DNA of 64,000 bases. It comes from Harriotta raleighana. Its lineage: Eukaryota. The DNA lies in assembly GCA_050575255.1 (NCBI GenBank), contig JBNZDD010013717.1, positions 5,567,647 through 5,631,646 on the forward strand. Reading direction: 5' to 3'. The notes under the pieces were generated by a model that worked only from the letters and a program-made list of their open reading frames with translations, did no database searches and was not told where the DNA came from. The position numbers and the translations under genes are program-made. This document shows positions 39,341 through 53,529 of the stretch, one piece after another. Numbering within the stretch: the stretch's first letter is position 1; each line of letters begins with the position of its first letter.

Positions 39341-39655
39341 GTGGAGTCCTGAAGCTCAGTAGTTAGAGCACTCGCCTTACAAGTGTGAGACCTGTGTTGG
39401 AATCCAGGCAGATCAAGGCAAAACCTTGGGCAAGTTTCCTTACTCCAGCCGCCTAATAAACCTTCCAAAAAAAAATAATAATAGTGGTCATTTCAATCCA
39501 CGACTATTTGTGGGACACTGCTGAGCGCAAATGGCTGCCGCGTTTCACCCACAAATAAACAGTCAATTCACTTTGCAGTATATTCTGTGAAGCACTTTGA
39601 GACCGTCTGGAAGACGTGAAAAGTGCTATATCACATCGAAGGATTATTATTAGAA
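39341..39655 (+). mobile_element. Family-B SINE nested within a minus-strand family-A SINE (39180-39790)
   Basis: Head 'gtggagtcctgaagctcagtagttagagcactcgcc'. The host Deu core resumes at about 39660. Confidence 0.85.
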
Positions 39656-40554
39656 TATTATTTGGAACCCTGGTTTAACATCTCATTTGAAACTTGGCAC
39701 TTCCAACAATGAAGTGCTCTCCCCAGCATTGAACTGCCCACAAAAAAATGACAACATGAACCTGGAACTTACAACCTTCTGACTCAGAGAAATTCCCCTT
39801 CCTCCATTTGCCTTTCTATCTGTCTCTCCAGTCAAAGATCTTGCTTCATCGTGAACTGTTTCCAGTGATTCAGCCAAGAACTAACAAAGCCAGCAAGCTC
39901 AAACACGCACTTTGATTGGCAGGATACCCTGGCACCTGAACTTCTAACCACTTGTTTGGATTGATCACTTGACTGCCTCAAACCAAACAAGCTTGATATC
40001 TGATTCATTTGTGTTAACATTGAGACGATGGTGACAAATGAAGGCAGCACTTTCATATAGCTTTCAGTCTTCTGCTATTGGTTCTTTTGTCCCGTTGAGC
40101 CCTACAGCAAGTGTTATGTATGATAATTACAAATTTGTGAGTGGAATACGTTAAGTACATTTCAGTTATTTTTGGCATGTATAGACATAATCCTTACACC
40201 TGATGTACTGCATTTCATACCAGGTGGATGTCTCAAAATGCTTCACAGGATACACTGCAAAGAGTAGTGACTGGAGGCAAAAGCCTACAAAAGGACTTAG
40301 TAGGACAGATTTTAAGGTTCACGAAATACAATGTAGAGGCACTAGAACCTTCTCAATAAAGAATACTAAAATAATAAAACGTGATCTTCATGTAATTTTT
40401 AAAAGATTCAATTGAATGCACGAATGGATAGTACTTAAGACTGTGTTACATTTTTAAATTGTATTCTTTCCTTCCTCCCTTGATGTCTTCCTTCCTAACA
40501 TGTATTATTCACTAGATAAGGGGATAGTACTTGCCAGTGGTTCCACACATGATT

Positions 40555-41903
40555 ATAAGATCACAAGATAGGTTTGCATGAAGAGTCTTTCATCTCATCT
40601 TTTCAGAACATCCACTCTACCAATTCCCCATCGCAGCATCAAGCTGCATTTTAAATGATCCAGTGGAGTCCTGTAGCTCAGTGGTTAGAACACTCACGTT
40701 GCAAGTGAGAGATTTGGGTTCATTTCCAGGCAGGCAAAACCTTGGGTAAATTTCCTTATTCCAGATGCCTGATGATAATAGTAATCCCACCAAAAAAATT
40801 AATTGGCTATTTTTTCAATCCATCACTGTTTGTGGGACACTGCTATATGCAATTGGCTGCTGTGTTTCACCCACAAAATATACAGCCAATTCACTTTGCA
40901 GTATATTCTGTGAAGTGCTTTGAGAGGGCTGGAAGACATCAACAGCGCCTATATCAAATGTAAGGATTATTATTACCAGTAGTAGTATCCTCACTTCCTT
41001 TTCACTTCTTAAATTCATTAATTATCCACTCAGTAAAGACAAACTTCCCGCTATCTGTCCTGAAATTGCTTCTTCCAATTCTTACTTGGTGCATCCTAAA
41101 GTATTGATCTGGGTTTACTATTTAAATCTAATTTTATACAACTCTATATGATCTTCTATGACTTATTTTCTCTCAAGACTGAGGATCCCTAGCTTGTCTA
41201 ATCATTACTCATTTCCCTAACACTGAAGATCATCCTCGTTGGTCTTCTCTGCACTGTCTCTAGAGCCTGGGCCGCCCTTATGTTGTGATAACAAGATTGG
41301 TTAGTACTGTAGTACTCAAGGTGTGTTTTGACCAGAGTACTTTAATACCCGAATATAACACCGCGGGATCTAAATTGAATTGATTTAACCATATCGCCCA
41401 GCATCCTGTTTGCCTTGCAAACTGCTCCCATTATTAACAATTATTTTCTTAGGACGGTGGTTGACATCAGCCTGGAGTCATCCCTATTCTTACTATTCCC
41501 TTACTCTAGGAGGAAGCATTGACTCTCTGCACACTACCTTCCAGTAACTAACATGACCTCGATCTGCAATTTGTTTGAGGAATCATACATGCCAGCCTGC
41601 AACCTATGGCTATGTATTGAACTTTGGCTTTAGACTGTTGGCTGATCTAAATAAATTTCTATATATAAGTCAAATCACTCTCACCTTCGCCATCTCCACT
41701 GGCTCCCCATCCCCCAGAGGATCGAATTCAAGATCCTCGTTCCTTCCAGTGACAGCAAGACCATGATCTGGAATTTGTTTGAAGAATCATACATGCCAGC
41801 CTGTATGTAGCGCACGGCTGTATATTGAACTTTGGCTTTACACAACAATAAAACAACAACAGAATTACATTTGTTTAGACTGTTGGCTGATCTAAATAAA
41901 TCT
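40555..41903 (-). mobile_element. CR1 LINE 3' region with nested SINE (40664-40975) and duplicated segment
   Basis: Reverse complement reads 'KANRMLG' and 'LVKTHLEY' (CR1 LVRPHLEY motif). A CR1 tail like that at 35100-35150 lies at 40555. Confidence 0.75.
40664..40975 (+). mobile_element. Family-B SINE, short variant
   Basis: 'tggagtcctgtagctcagtggttagaacactcacgttgcaagtgagagatttgggttc' followed by the shared body and tail. Confidence 0.88.
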
Positions 41904-41984
41904 CTGTCTTTATGTCACATCCAGTTATGTGCATTCATAGTACATGTACATAAACTTTGTGCATGTGTTTGTCACCTCTCACTT

Positions 41985-42380
41985 GGATTACTTCAACTCA
42001 CCCCTCTCCCATCTCCCCAGCTCCACCATCCAAAGATCCAGCTGATTCAGAACTCTGCAGCCTGCATACCGATCTGGACCGAACACCATACCCACAGCTC
42101 AGCATTTCTCTCAAGGTTCCACTGGATCCCCATTACCGAATGGATCAACTTCACGATCCTCACAGTAGTGTTCAAATTCATTCACTCTCTGGCACCTCCC
42201 TTACTCCCCATCCTTATCACTCCCCAATCCATCACCCAGTGCCTCTGATCAACTGGCACCAACCTCCTGCTTGTTCCTCGCACCCTCTGCCCCACTATCG
42301 GAGGTTGAGCTTTCAGCCACTAAGCCCCCAAATTCTGCAACACTTTCCTTCAATCCCTCCGCTTTGCCCCCTCCCCTCTG
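41985..42380 (+). mobile_element. L2 3' fragment
   Basis: 'KIQLIQNSAA...RFHWIPITEWINFTILTVVFK'. Confidence 0.8.
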
Positions 42381-42389
42381 AATTACTGA

Positions 42390-43070
42390 ATTCAGTTTTA
42401 GACACAACACTAGAGGAAGGATATATTGGCTATAGATGGTGTACATTACAGATTTACCAGAATGTTACTGGGGATGAAGGATAAGTTGCATAAACTTGGT
42501 TTGTATTCCATGAAGTTCAGAATGTTGAGAGGCGATCTAATCAATGTGTTTAAAATGATAAAGTGATCCAATAGTGTAGCTAGTAAATAAATTATTTCTA
42601 CCAGTTGGGGAATAATATTAATAATAATCCTTGCATTTGATAGAGCGCTTTTCACATCTCCTAGATGTCTCAAAGTGCTTCACAGCATATACTGTGACTG
42701 TATATTTGTGGATGAAACACAGCAGCCAATTGCACACCACAGTGCCCCACAAACAATCGTGGATTTAAATGAACAATTTTTTTTTGAGGATTATTGTTAG
42801 GCATTTGGAGTAAAGACACTTGCCCAAGGTTTCACCCTGTCTAATCCAGGTCGCTTGCTTGCAAGGCCACTGTACTAACCACTGAACTACAGGACTCCAG
42901 AACAAGAGGGTATTGTCTTAAAATTAGAGCTAGGCCATTTAGGAATGAAACAAGAAAAGATCTTTTCACAAAAAGATAATGGAAATCTGGAACTCTCTCC
43001 CCAGAAAGACTGTGGATGTTGGGTCAATTGGAAATTTCCAAGTCTGACATTTGTTAGGAAGAATTGTTAG
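42390..43070 (+). mobile_element. CR1 3' fragment split by a minus-strand family-B SINE (42618-42900)
   Basis: 'LRGDLINVFKMI' lies before the SINE and 'RPFRNETRK.FT...IWNSLP' after it. Confidence 0.8.
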
Positions 43071-43109
43071 ATTTAACAAAATACTGTACAACACTCATAG
43101 CTTAAAAAC

Positions 43110-43540
43110 TTCAACTGGCTCAATCAGTAGAACTCTCACCTCTGAACCATAAGGTTAAGAGTTCAAGTCCTATGTCGGGCCTTGGATCTCGTATAGTCCT
43201 AGCTGACACTCCACTACAGTGCTGGGATGTGCTGCATTGTTGGATGGAGGTGTAAACTTTTGGGTAAACTGAGGCGCCATCTGTGTCTGTGGGACACTGC
43301 TGTTTACAAATGGCTGCCCCGTTTCGCCCACAAAATATATGGTCAATGCAAGTTGTTCAGGTCTCATGACACTATTTGAAAAGAGAAGGGAGTTTCTTCT
43401 GTGTTTTTGGCCATTAATTCTTCCAAGTAAAATAGGTCACTCACTTCATGGATGTTTGTGGATTGCCATGGACAATATAACCTGTGAAGTGCTTTCGACA
43501 TGAAATGCACTACATTAAATGTAAGGATGATGATTATTAT
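43110..43540 (+). mobile_element. Family-A Deu SINE (rearranged)
   Basis: tRNA-like head, 'gtgctgcattgttggatggagtg' and an L2-like tail. Confidence 0.7.
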
Positions 43541-44449
43541 ACTGGGTTACAAAAAAGCATTAACTCATAATAATACTTCCAAGAGTATGTAACAATTGTT
43601 TATGATAATTGCATTTTATGTCATTTATATGATTCAAAACTTCAGAAACATAGAAGCATAATTTGGGTTGATATTAATTCTTTATAACCATTTGATTTTT
43701 AAAAGCAGTACTCTTAAAGAATGTTGTATTCTGCATGTTTTAATCCTTTTTATTGAGTTAAAACAATAATGCCACAAAGTTCAGAGTTAAATTTATGAAG
43801 CAGTGTTTATTAAAAGGCTCCAGACATTAGGCAATACAACTTCATATTAAAAAGAGAGTAATACAAAGTACAAGAATTGGCAAAGTGACAAAAGGATATG
43901 ACCTTAAACTGATGTAACTTAAGACCAGAAATCAGCTTCTGTGTATCAGTGCCAGGATGAGCTCTCAAGGTAGCAGGAGCTTTGGTTAAAGAATATACAG
44001 TCAACAAAATATTCAGGATAAGGATTTAAGTGATTTTATTTACCTTATAGTGAATACCCATAAAATTGTATTGTTGTCTTACATTTCATTGATTTCCTTA
44101 TTGCCTGATATCACTCTCTGTATATTACATCAGTCCAGTTGATTTGGGTCATCCATTTGGTTAAAATAATCATATTTCCAGCTGCAAGAAGACCTATCAG
44201 GGAGACACAAAATAACAACAGCCTTTCTGCGATGAAGCTTCAATTTCACCTGAAATACAGAATTTATTACTGAGATTCATTAAATAGTGATGTTGTGTGG
44301 CAAATAGCGTACTCCTTCTGGTAACTGGATGTACATCACACTCTACAGAAATAGATTGCATTAAACTAGAGTTTCCATTATCAGTGTGATACACTATTGA
44401 TTGCTGTCAGGAATTTGTGATTTGGATTTGAGAACAGCAATCCCCCCCA

Positions 44450-44660
44450 AATAAAGGAGATCTTTAATTTCCACTAGAACAGGCAGAAGAGACCTTGATT
44501 TACCTTTTCATCCTGAGAACAGCACCTCTGATAATGCAATGCACTCTCAATGTAGCACTGCAGTGTTGGCCTAGACGATGTGAGTTCAAAGTCCTGATAC
44601 AGAGCTTGAACCAATAATGTTCTGACTCAGAGACTTGCTATAAGCTGAGCCAGGCTAACA
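44450..44660 (-). mobile_element. Family-A Deu SINE 5' half
   Basis: Reverse-complement head 'cctggctcagc...tctgagtcagaac..ggttcaagc'. Confidence 0.65.
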
Positions 44661-46721
44661 CCTATTCAAAAACAATTGTTCAAATTTCAAGGCAAAATGG
44701 CTAAGACAGACTAAGTCTGGGTGGAATTATTGCTGTGCGCAATTGGTTGCTGCGTTTTGCTCACAAAATATACAGTCAATTCACTTTACAGTATATTGTG
44801 TGAAGTGCTTTAAAACGTCTAGACGAAGTGAAAAGCGCTATATCAAATGCAAGGATTATTATTATTATTAGAACTATGAAAGCATATCAATTCACTACAG
44901 AAGTGGGGAAGCCACGTCACAAAGATGCTGCCTTCATTTCAATGTCTCCCAATCTGTGGAGTGTTTCTGGTGGGGTAAGTAAGACCAGCAGTCATTTTTG
45001 TCTTGCTGATATCACGTATGAAATGCATTTCACCACCATTTACGTCATTGCAGTGTGTGCTACTAAATAATTGGAAAGAGGTTTCCAAATACTTCTTTGT
45101 GAATATGTGTTCATTTAACTTGAACAGAAAATGGGCAGCCTAAACAGATTATTAATTCCATGCGACAAAATCATGTGTTCTCCTTTTATGTGAGCAGTGT
45201 TCTCAGATCAGCATCAGACCTTTCCTGTAGATTGTACATTTTACCTTATGTTTCCTTGATTGCTTTCCTGTACGTTTCCCCTGAGTGCCAGAAGAGTGAA
45301 AACACACCAAGAAAAGTACAGAAACAGCAATATTTTTCTAAATAGTAAAGAAATACAATAGCTACATATGGTTAAGACTGATGTACCTGTTAACCCATAA
45401 GTGACTCTTTTCTCTCTCCACCCCACCACCTCCGAATTTCCCATGTGCTTCTCATATTACCCTTGAAATTTTCCTTATTTTGCATTGTGAATTTGTGTGT
45501 AGGTAATATTACCTTTAAAATAAATGTATGCTCTAGATATTATAACAACTTTAGATCGAGACACCTCAACCTTGTGATAAGATGCAACATAAAATATTTT
45601 AAAATTGGGATTTCTAACATGAATCAGAGTTATGCTGCAAAATATAATTTTACATGAAATTCAACACAGTCAAATAATTTCACAGTATATTCTGTGAAGC
45701 GCTTTGAGAAATCTTGAAGATGCGATAAGGATTATTATTATTATAAAAGATTTTCCATCATCTTTAATTCGGTTTCCATGCCTTTTCTCTATTTCCCTTG
45801 ATTCTGATGGTAATAATCATACCCATTTAGCCCATTGATTTATCTTTGTCCCTTTTAAATATCCTAATTCTCTCTCTATGATCGATTGGGTATCCAGATT
45901 CTCTCAGTTGTTTGTGCGAAGAAATGTGTTTGCTCTTTAGTCTGTGTTTAGCTCAAATACAGCATTGTATAAATTATGAAGTTATGAACTTTTTCCCCAC
46001 TCAAGGGATAGGACATCGACTTTTCAGTTGTTTAAATCACTTGAACAAAATTACAGTGAATAAAGAATGATTGATGAGTACTGTGAATAATATTTGTATT
46101 CCTCTACCTTGTACTCCTATAGCCACTCTCTAAACAAGTCAAACCAGAGCTTGAAGAGTGAAACTCCGTATGGTTTCTTTCGTAGCCCAGGGCAGTGCTA
46201 TCACCATACTCGGTCTTCTATGATCTTACCTTCCCTTTAGAAATGCCCAGCCCTTAAAGAGAAACATTTGTAAAAACAAGATCCAGCAAACCTTTTATGG
46301 TTTGGGGAGTAAGAGAAATTAAAGGAACCATACCTTATAATCACCAGAATATTATCAAGCACAAGTAATAGGAACATACCTCAATGATGTGATAAGACAC
46401 CATACCAAATGTAAGAAATTATTAACTGGCATGCTTTAAGCAGGAGTAAAATGTATGGGTCAGAATCCACCCCACCCATTCGTCCATATGTATATACACA
46501 CAGAGGAGAGTTTTTAATCAGTGTCCCGGCCACAATCCCCCAAATAAAATTGATTATTCACTTCATGGCGGTTTATGGGACATTACTGTGCACAAATTGG
46601 CTGCCTCATTCAGCCAAAAAACAAAGTCAATGCATTTTACAGAATATCCTGTGAAGCACTTTGGGACATCCTCCTGACGTGAAAGGTGCTGTACCAAGTA
46701 TAAGAATTCTTATTATTAATA

Positions 46722-47008
46722 CAGTAGAACGCTGATAATCCAGCATGGTTGGGACCACACAACCACCCAGATTTCGGAGTTTGCTGGTATTTAGAAACCT
46801 ACCTAGAAATTGCTGGGGAAGCTCCATCCTATATACCACATCTGCTGTAAACGCAGCACTGAAGTGAAAAAATGCCCGAGCAGCAGCCACAGCAGCAGGG
46901 GAAATTTGCCGGACATTGGAAATTTTTTAATACTGTTTGCATTTTGAAATCTTGCTGGTTTTAGGGAATTCCCCGATTTTGGATTGTCAGATTATCGATG
47001 TTCTGTTG
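46722..47008. mobile_element. Tigger/pogo-like MITE, 287 bp
   Basis: TIRs 'cagtagaacgctgataatccagca' / 'tgtcagattatcgatgttctgttg' differ only by transitions. TA flanks both sides (46720-21, 47009-10). Confidence 0.78.
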
Positions 47009-47759
47009 TACGTGCATATATTCTCTCCACGAGAGGAAAATGGATGAATCAAAGAATAAATAACATTTTATGAGATGAAATCAGCAAAATCTATTCAGAT
47101 CATGTACAGTTGAAGACCTGACTGCACAATCACAAGCCATTCGATAAGCCTGGTGAACAGTGATAACATACACAGCAAACTGTGTATTCGCAATGATATT
47201 ATTGAGCCTTTTCTATCGGAGGCTGACAAAATGTTCAACTTGGACACAGATCATAAATGATGATGAGCTGTGGATTAGTCAAGCAATAAATCAGTCCAAT
47301 GCATATCATTCACTGGTCGGTATATTAGCACATTGACAAATGCTGTACGTTTAGCCATAAAACAGAAAGTAGCAACTGAAGTGATGGAAATCAACCACTT
47401 GAAATAAATCTCAATTTTAGAATCAAAATAATAAGAAGAATTGGGTTTAAAACTTGATTCAATGTATGAGTTGTTGTTAAGGTTTTAATTTCCATGTTTA
47501 AAGTATGTTTTGCCCACAAATATACAGTCAATTCACTTTATAGTATATTCTGTGAAGCACTTTGAGATGTCTAGAAGACATGAAAGGCGCTATATTAAAT
47601 GCAAGGATTATTATCACTGTATTATGTTGCAAATCATACTGTACCCTTAACAACAATTTGCATTTGGGTAGAAAATTTTCCAAAGAATAACATCTCAATG
47701 GGCTTTACAGAGATTGTGTGGAACACTGAGCAAGGTGGGAAGAAGTCGCTAGTAGGGAG

Positions 47760-48160
47760 GTGGCATTGGCATGATTGGAGGTTTATTTATATAAGGTTTT
47801 TAAGGTGGAAAGGGAGGAATAAAGGGCGAGGGGCTATGGGATGGAGTTCCATAGTGTGGGAGCAGAGAGGCTGAAAGCCTGGCCACCGATGGTTATCATG
47901 GATGTGGTGGACGTGGAGCAAGCCTGAGTCCGCTGAATGGAGAGGGCGGGCAGGCTGATAGAGAGACAGCATGTCAGAGAAAGGTATGGTCTAATGCAAA
48001 AGAAGATCTGAGCATTTGAGTTCTGGCTGAACTGGAGCTCAAGAAGATTTACCGAGACCAGTTGAAGAAAACATTGAGAAGTCGAATCTTGAGATTCCGA
48101 AGGCATGGATGAGGCTTTTGGCAGGAGCCAAGCAGTGTAGCTTTGGGTTTGTTGACATGG
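47760..48160 (-). mobile_element. L2 3' fragment
   Basis: 'IGGQAFSLSAPTLWNSIP'. Confidence 0.8.
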
Positions 48161-50199
48161 AACTGAGGAGAATTAATCAAATATGTAGGCAAGACAACAC
48201 TCACTTAAAGATGAATAGCATTTAATTAAATTATTTATGTAAGTAGTAAAATAGTAAAAAGCTCGTGAATGACTTCCTTTATCTCTAACATTAGTGTCCG
48301 TTACAAACTTCCACATGCTTCCTCTGTGATATTTCCTACTATTAATAGCACAATATTACCCGGTTTATATATGTCCAATTTAGGCCAACATTCCAATTCA
48401 TTGGTGGAGGTGCTGTCGTTTGGACGAGACCTCGAATCAAACTCCCATCTACTTAGCTAGACATTAAAGATCCCATTTACAAAGATAAGCAAGTTTCTCC
48501 CAGTGCACTACTCAATCATACTCCAGATAAGTTGCTTATTTACTTGAATGTTTGTGCATTGCTGTCTGCAAATTGGCTGCAAGTATTTCTTACAATAAAC
48601 AGTTATTGCACTTGACAGTTATTTCTGAGAAGCACTTGGAGACATTTAGTTGAGATAACCCATTATAAAACTATATGTTCCTTCCATCTTCCAAAAGGCA
48701 ACTGAAAAGCAGAATTCCTTAGAAACAAATTGGGAGCAAGGAAATCCATGGTTCAGTCTTTGAAATCAGTCCAAATGAAGTGAAAAAGTGTTTGAGGAGA
48801 AATAATAGCAAAAGGAATGGAGACGAATGAAGTGTTTGAGGATAAATAATAGCAAATGGGATGGAATTAGAGCAGTTGGGTAGCTAGCTCCACCACTGGC
48901 ACAATAGAACAATTACCATCCCTCTGTACTATAAATTCTCTGAAATAATTCTGTAATATGCTGGACCACTACGCATATTATTTAGTGTCAAATTATTGGC
49001 AGAATAATACGGACATATTGACAAGTCCCTTTGCTTTTCTGTTGAAAGGGGTTTGTGTGGTTGAAAATGTGGGCTAAAATGGGCTACAGAATTGCACAAA
49101 ATAAGGACTGGGGAAAAACAGTTCAAACGAACCTTAAAAAAGTCCTTTTTCCTGATGTACTGTATGTAGAGTTTGACTTCCAATAATTTCCTGACCATTA
49201 GAATTTTTATAGCAGAGTGAGTTGTAGGTGATCTCATCAGTGATGCCTGCTCACTGGAGTCCTAGAGTACACAAGTTACAAATGGAGCTCACTTTTACAT
49301 AATCAAGCCTGATTCCAGATGTCTGAATCTGCAGCATCAGGATCCCAAACCACTCGGATCTACAACCAAGAGCAGGTCAGAATCAATAAAATGAAGGGTG
49401 GAAAATGTAAATTAAGTGAAGCAATCCAAACAGGTTTTGTGTTTTAGAAATGCCTATTGCTAAAATAATCTGTTTGACAATCCCATTCATCAAACAATCC
49501 TATAATCCCATTATCCTCCTTGATGGGGAGGTAAAAGGGACCTCCTTGGAGCTAAGCTGACTCCAAGGTGACGTGCTTGGCAATGGAATGTCGGAATCGA
49601 GCCAGTCCTCTGTGGCAGTCTTGGTCGTCTGGTTCCTGGGTCTGGACTATTGCAGGGCATTGCTGATGACAGCATAGATAGCTTGGCTCATTGGCAGGAC
49701 TTGGAGGGTCAGCCCGGCCACAGGGGCAGAGAATCATCCCACTCATCTTCTGTTAACCCTGCAAACCAAAGCCCAAATTGATAAGCCCTCCAATAACTTG
49801 TTCATCTGTCCAAACAATCTTGATGCCCTGTTCTGAGGAATACAAAGCATGGTGCTAGTTATTGGAGCATGGGGTCAGTGCAATCTGAAACAAAATCAGC
49901 AAGATTTTGCTCTGAATGAGCATGATCAAACGCAGAAAACAGCGTCTTAAACAGAGATTTCAGTCAGTCATACAAGAGGCAATCTGATTGTGCTAAGAAC
50001 ACATTTAGTTGTATTTTGGAGTGACATGTTAATGAATTTTTAATGGCTTTAAAGTCATTTTATGTTGGCAGTAAAGGTAAATAAATTGTTGTATTGTTGC
50101 TAGAGTAGACAAGTAAGTCCTACTGTTTGCATTGTGAACGTTAAAAAAAGCCTTTTGTAAACTAAATTTTAAATAGAATTGTTTACCAAAAATGCCTAT

Positions 50200-50690
50200 T
50201 TTAAAATGCCTCTGGGCATGGGGGGTGAGGGGAGTGGGAGTTGGGGATGGGGACGGGGGACGACACATGAATAGGCCTCATGAGTGGGGGGCCTGCTGAG
50301 TGGATGGAGTGGATAGGTTGATAAGGGGTTAACAGGTCAGAGAGGTAGGAGGGGGCAAGGCCATTGAGGGCCTTGAAAGTTAGGACAAGAATTTTGAACT
50401 CTATCCTCCTGAGGGATGGGGATTCAGTGGAGCAGGGCAGGGGTGGGTGTGATGGGGTCACGGGAGCCTTGTATGGGAGAGGACACGAGCTGCAGAGTTC
50501 TGGATGATCTGCAGCTTCTGGAGGAAAGAGTTAGGAAGTCTAACAAGCAGTGCATTGGCATGAAGGCATGTATGAGAGCTTCGGTAGCCTGAGGGGTGAG
50601 ACAGTGGTGGATTTGGGCAATGTTGCAGAGGTGGGTGAAGGCAAACTGGGTGACGGAACAGAGGTGGGGGAGAAAGGACAGATAATTCAC
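50200..50690 (-). mobile_element. L2 fragment
   Basis: 'RRIEFKILVLTFKALNGLAPSYLSDLL' and 'QKLQIIQNSAARVL'. Confidence 0.88.
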
Positions 50691-53529
50691 TTTTATTCAA
50701 ATTGTCTTGATTTTAAAAGTATTTACTTTGAGTTTGAAGGTTTATACAATTGACTTAAAGTGTATCACCTTCAGAATAAGAGGGAGAAATTAACATTTCC
50801 CCCCCCCAAAAAAAGCGAGAATTAAACGAAATATTTACAACCCGGTCAAAAATATAAAAGGAAAAACTGAGCTAAAGTGTTTGTAATGTCAATGAGATTG
50901 ATGGGCATACTTCTGTTAGGGAATGTAACAGTGTCAGCACTTCACAATAGAAATTGTCCTGAGCCATTCATCTGAGCTCAGTCCAACTGTGTGAAGCGCC
51001 TTCGAGGAGTAAACTGCATTCAGGGCAATGAGTCAAGGAAATTTAAAACAGAAAAGTCAAAACTCTGAGTCTTGAATTAGAACTCTCAAAGCCAAACAGC
51101 TTCTAAAATACAAGATCAATTAGCAACCACTTCAGTTGATCGTCCTGTTGTGCATTTCCAATATTATTCTGATTTTATTGCAGGTTTCCAGGATTTGCTT
51201 TTGCTTCTCTATTTCTCTGTACGTTTGGTTAATTCAACGTCAGTTAATTCAACGTCATAACATGAATCACTTAATGATTCACTTGAAGGTGTTGATCTTT
51301 TCTTTACATCGACCAAGTTAATGTTTAACACCTCTGAACTTTCTACAGCAAAATAGATCTTTATAATAATATATTATAATAATCTTTCACTTGCACCTCG
51401 CAAACACACTTTGCCACTTAATTAATTTTCGTAAAACTTTCCATTCCTTTCTTCATTTTGCTGCATTTCTTCTATATTTTGTTTCTTTCTCTCATTCCAT
51501 TTCTGAGTTTTCTTGGGAACTTAAATGCCTAGTTCAGCAGAGTATAAAATTCATTATTTCATGGTTGATAGATTGATATTCCAATAATTGTATCCTGGGG
51601 AGCATTGCAATCCTGGAAATTGCTACCTTTCGGATGAACGTTAAAGATCCCACTGTACTGTAAAAAGAGGAAGGAGATCCTTTACTATTTGCAAAAGGGA
51701 AAGGAGTCACTGGGCAATAATCCCCCAAATTGGTCATTCATTTCATTGCTGTTTGTGGAATACTGCTGTGCGCAAATTGGCATCTGGCAACAAAATACAT
51801 AATCACTATACATTTATTAAATGCTGTAAGGCATTTCAGGGCATCCTTCTGATAAGAAAGGCTCTATACAATGTAACTTTGTAATGTAATTTTGTATTGT
51901 ATATTAAATGAAAGTTACATATTATCATACCAAGTAAATTGTTAAATGCAGCCTTAATTTTTAACCCACCCTTCTGTAAATATTTTTTATAAGAACTAAA
52001 GTTGGCCAGCTTTGAAGTTAATATTGAATTGAACAACTTGCCAAAGAAGACATGCTCTAAAATATTACATGAATAGAGTAAATATGGACCCAGGTGGCAT
52101 TTCTCTTCAGTACGATAGATGGTACGTAAATTGGTACAACATGGAAACAGGCCGTTCGCCCGGTTCATAATACCAATATTTTTGTTAGGGGAAATTCCAT
52201 AATACTGTAAATAATAAATATAATAATAATCCTTGCATTTGATATAGCGCTTTTCATACCTTATCAACATTTCAAAACGCTTCACAGAATATACTGTAAA
52301 GTGAATTAACTGTATATTTGTGGGTGAAACGCAGCAGAACTCCAGAACTCCAAATGAGCAGTATCTTCACTGACCACTCAAACTCATTCATAATTTCTAG
52401 TCAGTGTAATAATTAAGATTAATTTTAAACCTATATTATTCTATTAAAATGTTCCTTGGAAATCTTCTGCAATGTCTTCATTTGTGTTTAATCTAAACCC
52501 ACTCTTTAAGCAGTTATTTAGGAACCACACAAGATTGCTATGAGGCATGATTTCAGAAGAAAAGATGACATGTCCCACCTACTGATAAGTGTAGAAACTT
52601 TAATGATGTGGGTTTTCTAAGTTTGTAATTTCAATCAATTGAAATCTACAAAATTATTATGGTTGAACCAATATACAGTATATGACATAGTTCAGCATCA
52701 ATATTTTATGAGTTATCTTGTCTGCAGTTCACATGTCAAGCACAATAACTCATTCACAGTGTACTCAGGGTTTAAAGCTGTGCCCCATGAGTCATAAGAC
52801 ATTGTTTAACAGTGATTTAAAATATGGATTGTTTGACATTTGCAACTTAAAATGAATAACACAGGCTGTTTTAAGGGTGTAACATGCTACAAGAACAAAA
52901 TAGGAAGAAATTACATCAGAAGGGGAGACAAGTGCTTCCGGCATTGTATCAGAATACAAACAGTGATCACACGTGATGCATTATATCATAGCAAAATGGC
53001 TGAGTCCTGTGGGCTTTTGCAGACAACTTTTACTGTTTGCTTGTTTTTGCCATTAGCCTGGCTATTGTCCAAAGAAAATACTTGAGCTGGCAAGTTTCAG
53101 CAGACATTCCTTCAGCACCAACCTACACAGCCCAAGTTCATTGGGTCATATCATACCGGTGAATAAAAATGTTTAATCAGGGAGCATTCAGGCTTGACAT
53201 TTTGATGTATGTTCAGGAAAGGTATTTGACATTCTGAAAATCTTGTACAAACCAAGATACTGTACTTAACAGCCTTGCATCTCCCCAATTCGCATAATTC
53301 TATAATAGCGCTCTAAGACGCCGTCCGGCATGGAGGGCGCTATATAAATCAAAGTTGTTGTTATGTATAATAATAATTTGGTCACTCAATCGACAACCAT
53401 TTGTGGGACACTACTGCATGCAATTGGTTGCTGTGCTTCGCCCACAAAATGTACACTCAATTCACTCGACTGTGGAGTCCTGCAGCTCAATGGTTAGAGT
53501 ACATGATCCATGTAAGGATTGTGCTTTCC

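Noticed and set aside
48786-48867. Two-copy ~43-bp tandem repeat
   Set aside because: It is an ordinary local slippage duplication, probably within a decayed CR1 end.
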